48,675 bases of DNA from Girardia tigrina (Eukaryota), in the NCBI GenBank assembly GCA_001938485.1, contig MQRK01254947.1, positions 1 to 48,675 of the forward strand. The letters are read 5' to 3'. The stretch's first letter is position 1, and each line of letters starts with the position of its first letter. Positions 47,041-48,675 of this stretch are shown one piece after another. The notes below the pieces were generated by a model. The model had not been told where the DNA came from. It searched no databases and worked only from the letters and a program-made list of their open reading frames with translations. The translations under genes and the position numbers were made by a program.

Positions 47041-48500
47041 TGTCACGACCCATTCGTTCGTAGCAGTTTTGAACGCTCAGAGCCCCCAGTGACTATTAAG
47101 GGTCAGTCACAACCCAGTCTTAGTTTATTACTCAACTATGACTATATATATTACTTATACTTTATAGGGTCGGACGCCTCTTCTCGCTCGACATCTGCCT
47201 GGCAGTGCCGAGTCTGAAGGGCCTGTGGGTTCGGATAAAGATGGGATGTGCTATGGGCCCCCCACCTAGCGGAGTGTCGCTCGGGGATGATATTTTCCTA
47301 ACTATAAGTCGATGCCTTATCATTTATTGTTATGTTTATTGTGTATTATGAATCTTATGGCAATGTTATGTTTGCGTGTGGACTTAGTGCATCTGTTTGT
47401 CGTGTCTAATTAACTTACAGCTGTTATGTATATCCGTAAACTCGCTGTAGTGGTGTATATTTTCTTGCGGATGCATTACACATGTTTGTCCGATCTGTAA
47501 TGTTTATGTGAGTGGTTTTCACTTGCAGCATTGTGATGGGTCATCCAACTTGTGGCACTGTATATGTCATGGCGTAACTGGAGAAGACATCATGTTATAA
47601 CACATCATCATTGTGTCGTATCAGAACTATCTTTAGTTATTATTATTTATCATCGTATCATTCAAGAGTCGACAGTCAACAGCAGCTCTAAATAAACCGG
47701 TTCTATTTTCATTCTATCGATGCGAATTTACGAGATTTATATCGGTCAGCTTTACAGAGCTCGAATCAATTCGTTACGGGTTCATAAATCGCTTAATCCG
47801 TAAATTCCTATAGCTCGATTTCACTATACACTTTCCTAGTCAAATTACTCGCGAAAATTAGTTTTTATAAAATTCATATCTTCTATTTTATTTTATCGGT
47901 TTCCTTTAAAGACAATCACGCAAGACAAAACACTCAAGGTAGATTTGTTACCGATACTCATTTAACTCAATCCTTAAAAACTGTTCATCAAGTTGAATCG
48001 ACTAATTACATAAATTCGTATCTCGTTCGGTTGTGAAATCTATCTAAAATATATTTTCTGTCGAGATAAATCAAATTCACTTTATATTAAATCATAACCC
48101 GTTAGAAAATTAAAATATCGAATTGTAATTCCTTAAAATTTGATCAGATTAAAATATTCCTCATTAATACAAATACTTATATATAAATTTGATCAAAATA
48201 AATTAATTAGATATATACATTTTTCCATTTATCTAATAATTTAAAGCGAATAACTAAAATACGATTATGAATTTTTATCGATGCAATTTAATTATAAAAT
48301 TCAATATCAACTCTCTAAAATTCGGTTACTAAGGCTGTTTGTTTAAAATATTCAAATTATATCCTAACCTTGGAGCACATTTTCGGTTCTCAAGAAAATT
48401 TTAATCAAAAGGTTTTTTAACTCATTTTAAGAAAATAACCGCATAGATGGAGCAGGTAATTCTTTTCATTTTTATAATCCTCACTTTCTGATTTCAATTT
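47041..48500 (+). mobile_element. Diverged partial copy of the giant LTR family
   Basis: Starts TGTCACGACCC. 47041-47291 aligns to the reverse complement of 7841-8088 and has the same ACTTRYRGCA-like motif array. Right boundary not defined. Confidence 0.75.
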
Positions 48501-48675
48501 TCGTTCTTTGCAGTTCGTACAAAGTAGTATGAAAATGGGCATTCTGTCGACCACCCCCATGGCGCCCTAAGGCCAAAAAATCTCCCCTCACACACACCCC
48601 ACTAAAATTTATTTTAAATCGAACGCCAAGCAGGTTTTGTACTTTTAATTATTGATTGATGGTGACTTTATATAT

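Overview
AT-rich eukaryotic DNA from a metazoan (planarian-like by inference: ~40-55 nt introns, (AT)n/(AAT)n tracts, very large LTRs), with N-gaps. It is mostly nested, decayed transposons: five Ty3/gypsy internal regions, several solo or partial LTRs, Penelope-like remnants with minimal hammerhead ribozymes, a pogo/Tigger element, a mariner, a hAT MITE and a CACG-TIR element. The one clear host gene is a six-exon, divergent TFIIB-like gene (9671-11632, -). The most unusual object is a 3.5-kb solo LTR (4571-8088, AAAT TSD) inside a gypsy pol gene. It carries (i) five regularly spaced 51-55 nt GT-AG introns separating GC-rich, apparently non-coding exons, (ii) an oppositely oriented 61-codon mini-gene with TATA and AATAAA, and (iii) a terminal RNA structure with compensatory base changes in three other LTR copies in the window. 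Also notable are an intact spliced orphan ORF inside the CACG-TIR element and -1 frameshift signals, including H-type pseudoknots. All calls were made by eye; no searches or folding programs were run.
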